From contig JAEFAM010000001.1 in the NCBI GenBank assembly GCA_016287565.1, positions 73,344 through 137,343 on the forward strand: a stretch of 64,000 nucleotides of DNA, in the 5' to 3' direction. Of this stretch, positions 39,386-48,796 are shown in pieces (position 1 is the stretch's first letter; each line of letters starts with the position of its first letter). A model generated the notes under the pieces. That model was not told the DNA's origin. It worked only from the letters and a program-made list of their open reading frames with translations, and ran no database searches. Source of the DNA: Clostridia bacterium (GTDB taxonomy: Bacteria; Bacillota; Clostridia; UBA1212; UBA1255). The position numbers were made by a program, and so were the translations under genes.

Positions 39386-42007
39386 ATGAAAACGAAGGAA
39401 TCTAACGATCGCGCGGCCGGAAACGGAACCGATTGCCGCGAAAAAGCGTTCAGGCGGTTTGCCGCGCTGTTTCTGACGGCGGCGCTCCTGATCGGCTCTG
39501 TCGGCCTCACCGGCATTGTCCGGGCCGCCTCCGACACCTATTCACTGGGCTCCGGCGGCGCCTCCTCCACCGTCAACGCTTCTTCCTCAGGCAGCGTTTC
39601 GGTGCAGTTCAAGGTCGACGCCGCGTTCAAATCGGTGAGCATCGTGATGTCCGGCAGCGGCTCGGGCAAGACCGCCACGGTCTCCCTGTTCAAATGGGAC
39701 GAGAACGTGGTCAAGAGCGCTCAGGGCTCTGCTTTGGCCTCCAAAGAGATCTCCGAATGGGAAAGCGGCCAGGAGGTCGCGCTGGAAACCGAACAGCCCG
39801 CGGGAGAATACGTCATTGACGTGAAACTGGCCGAGGGCGCCGGTGAAAAGGCGAAAGTTGCCATCAAAGCCGAGAAGAGCAAGAAAAAAGGCGTTGCCGT
39901 GTACCAGAACTACTACAACGTCGACAACGTTTCCGCCCAGGGCACCATCGTGCTGGCGGCCGCGGGAGAGGATCCTTTCCAGACAGTTTCGAAGAACAAG
40001 AATTATCCCTTCCACCAGGCTCCTGCCGAGTACCAGTATACGGAAGATACCGCCGTCGTCCAGATGGGCGTCGACCCGACTCAGTGGGGCGCCGTGGACG
40101 GGCTGGGCAGGACGCTGCCGGGCTACTCCGAAGTGGGAGCGAAAAACGATAAGGTCGTGGGCATCTTCTACTGGACCTGGCACAAGGGCAATATGCAGAG
40201 CAAGGCCGTGAACGTCAACAACATCTGTCTTGAGAATCCGGACGCCGTCCACAACTACAACCACAAGATCTGGTCCAAGAACAACGTAGGTTCCTACTTC
40301 TGGAACGAGCCGCTGTACGGTTACTACACCGAAGCGGACGACTACGTATTGAGGAAGCACGCGGAACTGCTGGCGGACGCCGGCATCGACTTCGTGCTCT
40401 TCGACTGCACCAACGGCGACCTCACCTGGGAAGACGCCTACCTGAACCTGCTGAAGGTCTGGGGAGAGGCCAGGGAGCAGGGCGTAAAGACGCCTCAGAT
40501 CGCATTCATGATGCAGTTCTGGTGGGACGACAAAAACACTCCTTCTTCCGTGAAGCAGGTCTACAAGGCCATCTACCGCGACGGCAAGTACCAGGATCAG
40601 TGGTTCTATTGGGAGGGCAAGCCCCTCATTATGTGCCAGGACAGAGGCTTCAGCACGACAGATATCCAGGAAGCGGAACTGCTGCAGTTCTTCACCTGGC
40701 GCCACGGCGTTCCTTCCTACTTTGAAGGCGACGGCGACGACACCAAGTGGGGCTGGCTGCACGTATATCCCCAGGCCGTGTACAGAAACGCCGACGGCAC
40801 GGTGGAAATGACTACCGTTGGCGTCTGCATGAACGCGGACTGGTCAACGATGTCCCTCAGCGCCCAGAACGGCGATCACAATATGGGCAGAAGCTACACC
40901 TCCCAGAAGGACTTCAGCTATTCTTACGAATACAGGGGCCAGACGGTGACGGTCAATAAGGACATCGAGAATTCCTCTTTCTACGGCCTCAACCTCCAGG
41001 AGCAGTTCGATTTCGCGTTCTCCGTGGATCCCGAGATCATTTTCATCACCGGCTGGAACGAGTGGATCATGGGCCGCTTTTCCGAGTGGGGCGGCGTCAA
41101 GAACGCTTTCCCGGACCAGTACAATGACGAGAACTCCAGAGACATCGAACCGTCGAAGGGCTCGCTGAAAGACTACTATTATTACCAGCTGGTTGCCAAC
41201 GTGCGCCGGTTCAAGGGAGCCTCTCCGCTGAACGTTCAGGAAACGGCCAAGGCCATCGATATCAACGGCGGCGTTGACCAGTGGAACGACGCGGGCATCG
41301 TGACATACAACCATTACACTAAGAACACTTATGAGAGAAACATCAAGACCTGGGGCGTGAAATATACCGGCGACGCCATCCGCAACGACTTTAAGACCGC
41401 CAAGGTCTCCTTCGACGCGGACAATATCTATTTCTACGTCGAGACGGTGGATCCCATCACCGACGCTTCCGACATGAACTGGATGCGGCTGCTCATCGAC
41501 GCGGGCGCGGCCACCGCGGATTCTACGGACTGGGAAGAGTTCGAATATATCATCAACCGGGAGAATCCTTCGGGCAATACTATGGCCGTGGAGAAGAGCA
41601 CCGGCGGCTGGAACTGGCAGAAGACCGGCGACGCTTCGTTCAAGGTCAGCGGCAACGTGATGCAGCTTTCCGTGCCTCGCTCCGCTCTCGGCCTTGACAA
41701 TACCGAAGAGCCCCTTTCCTTCGGATTTAAGTGGTGCGACAACAACCTTACGGACGGCGACATTATGACGCTCTACACCGAGGGCGACGCTGCGCCCGGC
41801 GGACGTTTCGTGTTCCGGTTCACTTCCGACGCCAAGGCGGCTCCCGACCAGGAAGACGATAATTCCGGCACCCAGACCGAAACTTCGGACAAGACTTCTG
41901 GCAATAATCCGCTGACGACAGTGCTCGTGGCAATGTGCATCGTTGCCGCGCTGGCAGCCGTTGGCGCAGCCGTCGTGATCGTCATCAGGAACAAGAAAGC
42001 CGGTTGA
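39386..42007 (+). CDS. Large secreted, membrane-anchored protein with a TIM-barrel glycoside-hydrolase-like domain. It is a paralog of 60906-63944.
   Basis: It has a signal peptide and a C-terminal transmembrane segment with a basic tail. The shared domain block is GIFYWTWH...GYYTEADDYVLRKHAELLADAGIDFVLFDCTNG... The GH family could not be assigned. Confidence 0.55.
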   Translation: MKTKESNDRAAGNGTDCREKAFRRFAALFLTAALLIGSVGLTGIVRAASDTYSLGSGGASSTVNASSSGSVSVQFKVDAAFKSVSIVMSGSGSGKTATVSLFKWDENVVKSAQGSALASKEISEWESGQEVALETEQPAGEYVIDVKLAEGAGEKAKVAIKAEKSKKKGVAVYQNYYNVDNVSAQGTIVLAAAGEDPFQTVSKNKNYPFHQAPAEYQYTEDTAVVQMGVDPTQWGAVDGLGRTLPGYSEVGAKNDKVVGIFYWTWHKGNMQSKAVNVNNICLENPDAVHNYNHKIWSKNNVGSYFWNEPLYGYYTEADDYVLRKHAELLADAGIDFVLFDCTNGDLTWEDAYLNLLKVWGEAREQGVKTPQIAFMMQFWWDDKNTPSSVKQVYKAIYRDGKYQDQWFYWEGKPLIMCQDRGFSTTDIQEAELLQFFTWRHGVPSYFEGDGDDTKWGWLHVYPQAVYRNADGTVEMTTVGVCMNADWSTMSLSAQNGDHNMGRSYTSQKDFSYSYEYRGQTVTVNKDIENSSFYGLNLQEQFDFAFSVDPEIIFITGWNEWIMGRFSEWGGVKNAFPDQYNDENSRDIEPSKGSLKDYYYYQLVANVRRFKGASPLNVQETAKAIDINGGVDQWNDAGIVTYNHYTKNTYERNIKTWGVKYTGDAIRNDFKTAKVSFDADNIYFYVETVDPITDASDMNWMRLLIDAGAATADSTDWEEFEYIINRENPSGNTMAVEKSTGGWNWQKTGDASFKVSGNVMQLSVPRSALGLDNTEEPLSFGFKWCDNNLTDGDIMTLYTEGDAAPGGRFVFRFTSDAKAAPDQEDDNSGTQTETSDKTSGNNPLTTVLVAMCIVAALAAVGAAVVIVIRNKKAG

Positions 42008-42158
42008 CGGACCGGTCCGGGCCGGTCCCGGAGAAACTAGGTTAATATAAAAATCGACCCGCTGCGGAGACTTTTTACAGTGAAAAGTGCCGGAGCGGGT
42101 CTTTGTTTTGGCTTGTTTTGGCTTGTTTTGTCCGGATCGGTAAAAGCGGGACGGCGCG

Positions 42159-42896
42159 TCAGAACGCGATCGACAGGGCGATGAGGTTCTGGGCCAGATA
42201 ATACGTTGTCAGGCAGATGACGCCCAGCAGTTTGGCGCGGCGCCTGACGTTTTCGCTTCCGAAGAGTATGAATCCCAGCGACGTGTCGCTCAGCAGGAAC
42301 AGCAGGGCTCCCGGGGCGATCAGCGCGAAGGGGACGGTCCCGAGGCGGATCAGTATGACCCAGGCGAAGGCGCACATAAAGCACAGGGCGAAAAGGTAAA
42401 CCAGCAGGATCAGGCGCTGAGCGCCTTTGAAGGTCAAAAATCTGGCCGATATTGCCGTCAGCAGGGCGGCAACGGGGAAGGCGCACAGCAGCGCTATGAG
42501 GGCGGCGGAGGCGTCGACTGTGAAGAACGCGGTTACGTAGAGCGCGTGGCCTGCGAAAAACGCGGCAACGCCCAGGAAGAAGCGTTTGTCCTCCTGGCCG
42601 AACAGCTCCAGCAGTACGTCTCCCGCCACTCCCGCGGCAAGGCCGATGAATATCAGCAGCCGGAACGTGGTAATGCCTGTTGCCGCAGCGGGATCGCCTC
42701 CCGAAACGACGCCGGCATTGCCCCCGGAAAAACCGCCTCCGCCTGTCAGCGGCAATACGAACAGCGCCCAGGCGCCCACGGCCGCAAAGGCGCAAGAAGC
42801 CAGGGCCTTTGCCAGCAGGGGAGGCTTGACCGCCCCGGTAATATAGAGCGCGGCCAGCGTTAAACTGACCGCTAACAAAACAAACAGACCGATCAT
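42159..42896 (-). CDS. Polytopic membrane protein (YhhN/lysoplasmalogenase-like?)
   Basis: Eight hydrophobic helices. The family assignment is tentative. Confidence 0.35.
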   Translation of the reverse strand: MIGLFVLLAVSLTLAALYITGAVKPPLLAKALASCAFAAVGAWALFVLPLTGGGGFSGGNAGVVSGGDPAAATGITTFRLLIFIGLAAGVAGDVLLELFGQEDKRFFLGVAAFFAGHALYVTAFFTVDASAALIALLCAFPVAALLTAISARFLTFKGAQRLILLVYLFALCFMCAFAWVILIRLGTVPFALIAPGALLFLLSDTSLGFILFGSENVRRRAKLLGVICLTTYYLAQNLIALSIAF

Positions 42897-42906
42897 CGAT
42901 TTGCCG

Positions 42907-43713
42907 TTATCCGCAGAACTTGAACCCGGTGCCGATGAAGCCCGCCTGGTTGAAATCGTCCATATTGTGCCGGATGATGTAGTCGATGTAGGAAGCCACC
43001 ATTTTTCCGGTGAGCAGATAGCCCGCGGCGTTCATATGGCCGCCGGTGAAGAACAGGCGGTGGAATTCCGCGTCGTACACGGGAGCGTACTCGTTCAGGT
43101 CGATCACGTATGTGTTGCTGAAATGGGCCGCCAGGTCGTGGAGCAGCTTTTTATGCTCCAGCTTCTTGGCCTCGAAGCCCTGCGTCTCTTCGTTGAAAGG
43201 CTCTTCTCTGGGCATCGTGATGAGGAAGAATTTGGCCTCCGGCTGCAGCTCTTTGTAGTGCTGGATCATCCGGGCGTAATAGCCGCAGAAGGTGGGATTA
43301 TTGTAGTGCCAGTCTTCCTTGACGTCGTTTTCCACGCTGCCGATCTCCTGGTTGAGGCCGAAGATGTCGTTGCAGCCCATAGCGATCACGTAGGCCTGGG
43401 CAAGCTTGTCGGTCTTCCACCAGCCCATCGCGTCTGCGTAGCTGTTGCAGTATTCGGAAGCCGTCATGCCGCCGCGGGAGAAGTTGTACACCGTCGTTCC
43501 GGCGAGGCGGGCAAGGTACTGGCCCCAGGAGTAGTCGAAGTAGTCGTGATAAGTGGTGGGGCTGCCAACGTCTCTGGCTTCGAGTTCGCCGGAGGACAAG
43601 CTGTCGCCCACGCAGGCGATGGTGCGGAAAATGCCTACGAAACCGCCGTCGGTGACGATGTTGTCAAGGGGCTTTTCGGCAGGGTCGCAGCTGAAAATGC
43701 TTTTGAGTTCCAT
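42907..43713 (-). CDS. SGNH/GDSL hydrolase family protein
   Basis: Block I (ACVGDSLSSG) and block V (GGHMN) are present. Confidence 0.75.
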   Translation of the reverse strand: MELKSIFSCDPAEKPLDNIVTDGGFVGIFRTIACVGDSLSSGELEARDVGSPTTYHDYFDYSWGQYLARLAGTTVYNFSRGGMTASEYCNSYADAMGWWKTDKLAQAYVIAMGCNDIFGLNQEIGSVENDVKEDWHYNNPTFCGYYARMIQHYKELQPEAKFFLITMPREEPFNEETQGFEAKKLEHKKLLHDLAAHFSNTYVIDLNEYAPVYDAEFHRLFFTGGHMNAAGYLLTGKMVASYIDYIIRHNMDDFNQAGFIGTGFKFCG

Positions 43714-43756
43714 TTTGAATTTCCTTTCTGTTCGGTTTTTAGCCGCATATATTCGG

Positions 43757-44929
43757 TCAATTATTGTCCGATGAATACATTGCCCGCTCGAATTCTCCCG
43801 CCAGGTCCGCGTTTTCCACGTCGCCGCGTCTGGAGTTGCGCATCAGCAGCGCCGTCACGTCGTTGACCGGATCCACCCAGAACACGGTGCCGTACGCGCC
43901 GCTCCAGCCGTAGATGCCTTTCGGAAGCCAGGGGTGGTTGCCCGCCGTGATCCGCACCATGAGGCCCCAGTCGTCGAAGGGCGTGATGCCGTCCATTTCC
44001 CGGGGGATCCAGGGCGTGTGCAGCAGGTCGACGCTCTCTTTGGACAATATCCTGACGCCGTCGAGTTCGCCGTCGTTCCGGAGCATTTCCGCGAACCTGG
44101 TGTAGCCGTTCATGGAGCCGCACAACGACGCGCCGCCGCAGAAGTAGGTGAGGGGCAGCCTTTCGAAGGTCGAACGGCCCAGCGAATCGTCGGCGTATGG
44201 TTTTCCTTCGGCATTGACGTTCATCATCCTGGAAAACCGGGCGTATTGATCATCGGTGGGAGTGAAGGTCACGTCGTCAACGCCAAGGGGCCCGAAAACG
44301 TTGTCCCGGAGGAACTTGTCGTAGGGGACTCCCGATACCACTTCCACCACCCGGGCGGCCATGTCACCGCCGAACATGGTGCTGTACGCGAACCGTGTGC
44401 CGGGCTCGAAATCCAGCGGGAAATTTTTTGGAAGGTATTCCGCCATGGCGGCAAGGTTTTCGTGGTACTTCGGGTCGATCTGCCACTGGGCAACGTACCC
44501 GGCTTCTCCGGAGCCGATGCCGCTGGTGTGCGAGATCAGGTTCCACACTCTTAGCGTGGTGGAGGCGCGGTAGTCCTTCACGAACTTCTTTTCGCCCTCC
44601 GGCGTGTCGATCGTTTTTCCGACCCACAGGTCGTCGAAGCCGGGGAGGTAATCGGAGACGGGGTCCGTCAATTTGAGAAGCCCTTTGTCGCGGGCGACCA
44701 GCACGGCAACGGACGTCACCGGTTTGGTCATGGACGCCAGCCTGAACATGGTGTCGCCGTTGACGGGCTCGGGATGATCCGGGTCGCGCACGCCTTCCGT
44801 GACGTCAACGATTATTTTTCCGTGCTGCATGAGCCGGAACATTATGCCGAAGTTCTTGTTTTCGCTGACCGTGCGGCGGCAAATTTCGCGTATCCGCTGT
44901 TCGACGTTGTTGAGATTGAGTGAAAACAT
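43757..44929 (-). CDS. Serine hydrolase, beta-lactamase/PBP4*-like family
   Basis: It carries the SxxK motif (ASMTKPVTS) and the family length and architecture. Confidence 0.8.
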   Translation of the reverse strand: MFSLNLNNVEQRIREICRRTVSENKNFGIMFRLMQHGKIIVDVTEGVRDPDHPEPVNGDTMFRLASMTKPVTSVAVLVARDKGLLKLTDPVSDYLPGFDDLWVGKTIDTPEGEKKFVKDYRASTTLRVWNLISHTSGIGSGEAGYVAQWQIDPKYHENLAAMAEYLPKNFPLDFEPGTRFAYSTMFGGDMAARVVEVVSGVPYDKFLRDNVFGPLGVDDVTFTPTDDQYARFSRMMNVNAEGKPYADDSLGRSTFERLPLTYFCGGASLCGSMNGYTRFAEMLRNDGELDGVRILSKESVDLLHTPWIPREMDGITPFDDWGLMVRITAGNHPWLPKGIYGWSGAYGTVFWVDPVNDVTALLMRNSRRGDVENADLAGEFERAMYSSDNN

Positions 44930-45105
44930 ATGGGGTCCTGGTGCCTCCTTGAAGAGTTGAAAAGTGTATGTGTTTGAAAAAAATCGCTGTTTTTGCGCCT
45001 GTCAGGCGATGCCGCTTAGCCGTTCGGTTGCTGCCGCGGTTGGTTCGGTCGCTGTTCCTGCGATGTGCGGCCGGAGCGGTCACTGCACCGACCGGGCAGC
45101 CGCGG

Positions 45106-46272
45106 TCACGCGTAGACCGCTTTTTCGAACCTGATGGTGGCCGCCGCGCCTGCGCCCCCGTCAACTCTGGAGTTGCGCATCATGATCGCGGTGACGTTGT
45201 TGGCCGGGTCGATCCAGAAGTGGGTGCCGTACGCGCCGCTCCAGCCGAAAGCCCCCGCGGGAAGCGTGGGGTGGTTGTCCCGGATCACGCGGACGCCGAG
45301 GCCCCAGCTCTCGAAAGGACCGATGTTGGCCGTGCCGGGGAGAGGCCAGATGGACTGCATCTGGGCGACGCCGCCGATGGAGATGATCCTGTTGCCGCTG
45401 ACCGGGTCAGCGCCGCCGAGCCTGAGCATTTCCGCGAACCTCGAATATGCGTTGAGCGTGCCGGTCAACGACGCGCCGCCGCTCTGGTAGGTGATCGGGA
45501 AATTCTCGAACGTGGTGCGGCCGAGGGAATTGTCCGTGACGCTGCGGCCCTTGTCGTCCCGGGAGTGCATATTCATCGACCTTGCCCACTGCTCGTCGGT
45601 GGGTTCGAAGGTGATGTCCGTGATCCCCATAGGATCGAACAGATATTTCTGGATGTAATCGCCGAATTTAAGCCCCGAGACCAGCTCGATGATGCGCCCG
45701 GCAACGTCGAAGGCCGCCACGCCGCTGTATCCGAAGGAGGAGTCGGGCTGGAAATCCAGGTACAGGTGCTCTCCCATGTAATTCGTTATGGCCTCCAGCG
45801 TCTGCCGGTCCTCGTCCTTCACCCGGTCAAGCGCCCAGTAACCCATCTCGGCAGAGCCGATGCCGTTGACGTGGCTGAGCAGGTGGTGGATCCGCAGCTT
45901 TTTGCAGGCCTTCTCCGCCGGGACAAACGCGATCGACCCGTCCTCCCGGACCTCCTTGCGGCCGACCCACATATCGTTGTACGCAGGCAGGTATTGCCCC
46001 ACCTCGTCAAACAAACTCAGCAGCCCCCGGTCCTGCGCGGACAACACCGCCGCTGCAGTCACGGGTTTCGTCATTGACGCCAGCCGGAACAAAGTGTCCG
46101 CCGTCACCGGCCTGCCCGTCTCAAGATCTGCCACGCCCTCCAGCACTTCCGCCACGGTCTCGCCGTCCTGCATAACTCTGAGCGCGATGCCGCTGTAAAG
46201 CGCCTCGTCAATGCCCTTCCGGACAAGCTCCTCCAGCCGGTTCGTCAGTTCCGTTCCGTTGATCCGTTTCAT
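45106..46272 (-). CDS. Serine hydrolase, beta-lactamase/PBP4*-like family (tandem paralog)
   Basis: It carries ASMTKPVTAAAV and is a paralog of the gene at 43757-44929. Confidence 0.8.
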   Translation of the reverse strand: MKRINGTELTNRLEELVRKGIDEALYSGIALRVMQDGETVAEVLEGVADLETGRPVTADTLFRLASMTKPVTAAAVLSAQDRGLLSLFDEVGQYLPAYNDMWVGRKEVREDGSIAFVPAEKACKKLRIHHLLSHVNGIGSAEMGYWALDRVKDEDRQTLEAITNYMGEHLYLDFQPDSSFGYSGVAAFDVAGRIIELVSGLKFGDYIQKYLFDPMGITDITFEPTDEQWARSMNMHSRDDKGRSVTDNSLGRTTFENFPITYQSGGASLTGTLNAYSRFAEMLRLGGADPVSGNRIISIGGVAQMQSIWPLPGTANIGPFESWGLGVRVIRDNHPTLPAGAFGWSGAYGTHFWIDPANNVTAIMMRNSRVDGGAGAAATIRFEKAVYA

Positions 46273-46357
46273 AACCGCTCTTTACGTCCCTTTCTGCACT
46301 GTGTTATTTCGGCCAATATTGTGCCACTGTTGGCAGGGCGCTGTCAATGCCGAACAG

Positions 46358-46510
46358 GTGCGAACGGGGGACAGACTTGGGTTTCGGGCGGTCGAATGGT
46401 CCGTCGAACGGGGGACAGACTTGGGTTTCGGGCGGTCGAATGGTCCGTCGAACGGGGGACAGACTTTCGTTCGCCCCCCGGTGGAAAGGGGACAGACTTG
46501 CGATCACCGT
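46358..46510. repeat. REP-like repeat cluster (4 copies, GAACGGGGGACAGACTTGGGTTTCG and variants)
   Basis: The sequence was read directly. Confidence 0.8.
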
Positions 46511-46604
46511 GGGTTCGCCAGGCCCAGACCACTAAAATAATCTTGTGAAAATCCGGATAATAATGTATAATTTCCTTACAAACACAAAAAAAGAGGTGTC
46601 GAAC

Positions 46605-46844
46605 ATGAATATTACGAAAACGTACGAATCCCTGCCCAAGATCGTAAAGGTCATCCTTCAATTCTTCTTTGGATGGCTGATCGGCGGCGCCTACAGGATC
46701 ATCCGATTCTTTGAAACCAAAAACGTCATCACGCTGGTCGTTGGACTGCTTGTGCTGTTCACTGGCATCGGCAACGTGATCGCGTGGGTCGTTGACATCA
46801 TCACCGAGATCCTTCAGAACAAGATCTCCGTACTTGCCGCCTGA
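46605..46844 (+). CDS. Small membrane protein (2 transmembrane segments)
   Basis: A GAGGTG ribosome-binding site precedes an ATG. The 79-aa product opens MNITKTYESLPKIVKVILQFFFGWLIGGAYRII. Confidence 0.4.
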   Translation: MNITKTYESLPKIVKVILQFFFGWLIGGAYRIIRFFETKNVITLVVGLLVLFTGIGNVIAWVVDIITEILQNKISVLAA

Positions 46845-46966
46845 CGACGGACAATTATTGCCCGGAATTGTTCCCGGGCAACGCACGATTTTTCAAACAC
46901 GAGGCTGCTTTCCTTTATAGGAACGACAAGCGGCCTCTTGTTTTTTTTGTCTGCCTGGGCTGGAAA

Positions 46967-47065
46967 ACCCAAGTCTGTCACCTTTCCACCGGCAGGTGAA
47001 CGCAAGTCTGTCACCTTTCCACCGGCTGGAAAACGCAAGTCTGTCACTCGTTCGCGGCTGGGTTG
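46967..47065. repeat. REP-like repeat cluster (3 copies, inverse orientation, the GTCACC variant)
   Basis: The sequence was read directly. Confidence 0.75.
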
Positions 47066-47148
47066 AACCGTGAAAAACCAACAAAAAAACAGGCGCCCGG
47101 AAGCGCCTGCTGTTGTGCGACTTATAAAATCAGATCGCGGCCAGCCGA

Positions 47149-48084
47149 TCAATTGCCGACGTTGGCCTGATCGGCACCATTGTCCGTGTTATCTTCACCC
47201 TTGTCCCCTCCGTTGTCCGACGAATCGTTATTCTCCGCAGCGATCGCGCCTTCTCTGACCGCTTTGTCGTAGCAGGTCTTGCACATACGGGTCTTGCCGG
47301 CTTCGATAGCCGCAACAGACGTTCCGCTGAAAAGCTCGATGGAATGGTCGAGGTGGCCGCAGTCTTCATAGTAGTGGTAAACGCCTCCGCTCTTGGTCCA
47401 GTAGACCAGCGGGTACTCGGCGTCCGTCGAAATGCCGGCTTCCTCGAGCATCTGCTCCTGCGATACCGGATTCCAGTCGTAGCTCACGAGTCCGGCAACC
47501 AGCAGCGCCACGACGGCGGCGATGGCGGCGATGGTTTTCGACTGCTTGGAGGCTTTCTTGTCGGTCAACACGAAAATGAGGAACGGCGCGAAGGCAATGA
47601 CCGAAATGAGGACGCCCAGGTTGTTGTGCAGCCAGAAGCGGGTCTTGTTCTTCTCCGAAGCCGGGTCAAGGTGGTTGCCCTTCTTCCACAGCAGCGAACC
47701 GAAGATCACGCAGATCAGGTCAAGTCCCAGGCAGACGGCCCACGAGATCGTCCAGCCGGGGTTGTTCTGTATGAAATCCCATTTGAAAACTTTTTTAAAG
47801 CACAAAATTGCCAGAACCTCAAACGCGATGGCAAGGATCCACAAAATTATCGCGCCAACGCGATACGGCCGGGCGTTTGCCCTCGTAATGGCGAGCAGCT
47901 CCTCCTTCGACGAGCTCTGCTGGTCAACGTGTGTGATATTGTGCTGAACTTTTGTCTTGGTCGTCCCGGACGTTGTGCGCGTGACTTCCTTCTCGCCACC
48001 TTCGGCATCCTTTTTTGCCTGGAGCGCCGCCAACGCCTTCTTTGCCGCTTCCTGGGCGGCGGTGTTTTCTTTCTTGTTTGCCAT
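47149..48084 (-). CDS. Membrane protein with a C-terminal Cys/His-containing domain (hypothetical)
   Basis: The start MANKKENTAAQ has a GAGGTG ribosome-binding site. The track's longer N-terminal extension runs through REP copies and is spurious. The protein has four transmembrane helices and a C-terminal YHYYEDCGH...CKTCY segment. Confidence 0.5.
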   Translation of the reverse strand: MANKKENTAAQEAAKKALAALQAKKDAEGGEKEVTRTTSGTTKTKVQHNITHVDQQSSSKEELLAITRANARPYRVGAIILWILAIAFEVLAILCFKKVFKWDFIQNNPGWTISWAVCLGLDLICVIFGSLLWKKGNHLDPASEKNKTRFWLHNNLGVLISVIAFAPFLIFVLTDKKASKQSKTIAAIAAVVALLVAGLVSYDWNPVSQEQMLEEAGISTDAEYPLVYWTKSGGVYHYYEDCGHLDHSIELFSGTSVAAIEAGKTRMCKTCYDKAVREGAIAAENNDSSDNGGDKGEDNTDNGADQANVGN

Positions 48085-48180
48085 TAACGGAGACACCTCT
48101 TCTCGTTTTGATGTACGAATTGTAACATATTTGTGAAGCTGTTGGCAAGAGGCCGGCGGACAGGCGGTGGAGGGGCGCGA

Positions 48181-48292
48181 ACAGGGGACAGACTTGGGTT
48201 TCGACCGATTCGCGCGGCGGTGGAAAGGGGACAGACTTCCGTTTCGAACGATTCGACCGATGGTGAACAGGGGACAGACTTCCGTTTCGCCT
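48181..48292. repeat. REP-like repeat cluster (3 copies)
   Basis: The sequence was read directly. Confidence 0.8.
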
Positions 48293-48360
48293 CGTTTAAA
48301 ATCCTCATTAAAATGTGTTGACACGTTTTAGGGAACTTGTTATAATTGCGTCACTCGACT

Positions 48361-48449
48361 GGAGAAGTACCCAAGTAGGTCGAAGGGGACGGTTTGCTAA
48401 ACCGTTAGGTCGGGTTACCGGCGCCGGGGTTCGAATCCCCGCTTCTCCG
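48361..48449 (+). tRNA. tRNA-Ser (anticodon GCU)
   Basis: A GGAGAAG/CTTCTCC acceptor stem, a TTGCTAA anticodon loop, a long variable arm and a GGGGTTCGAATCCCC T-arm. Confidence 0.8.
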
Positions 48450-48465
48450 TGAAAGAAAGCAAAAG

Positions 48466-48497
48466 CCCTGCATATTCGCAGGGTTTTTGCTTTTTTT
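48466..48497 (+). terminator. Rho-independent terminator after tRNA-Ser
   Basis: A CCCTGC...GCAGGG stem is followed by TTTTTGCTTTTTTT. Confidence 0.55.
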
Positions 48498-48594
48498 ATA
48501 CATATTTTCCGGAATAACGCGGGTTTTTGCTTTGCTTAACGTCGAGGATTTCGGCAAAACGGGGGAGCTGAGAGATACCCGGGCGTACCCGGTA

Positions 48595-48665
48595 AAACGC
48601 AAGTCTGTCACCCGTTCGCCCCCTTGGCAAAGCCTCCGAAACGCAAGTCTGTCACTTTTCCACCG
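48595..48665. repeat. REP-like repeats (2 copies, inverse orientation)
   Basis: The sequence was read directly. Confidence 0.75.
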
Positions 48666-48796
48666 TCACCTTCCACGCCTCTCGCGCCACTTTACTTCCG
48701 CGCCTCCCCATTATATAATCTAAAGTACTAAAGTATGTGCCTCCGATTCGGCGGAGCCGGACGGGGGCGGGACGAAAAGACGGGGGCGGGTTAATA

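Noticed and set aside
38793-39537. Minus-strand ORFs of 98 and 228 aa near the 3' end of ackA
   Set aside because: They are antisense to ackA and to the start of the downstream surface-protein gene. They lack any coding signal.
47149-48324. An N-terminal 80-aa extension of the membrane protein
   Set aside because: The extension runs through three REP copies. A good ribosome-binding site with an ATG at 48084 gives a sensible start.
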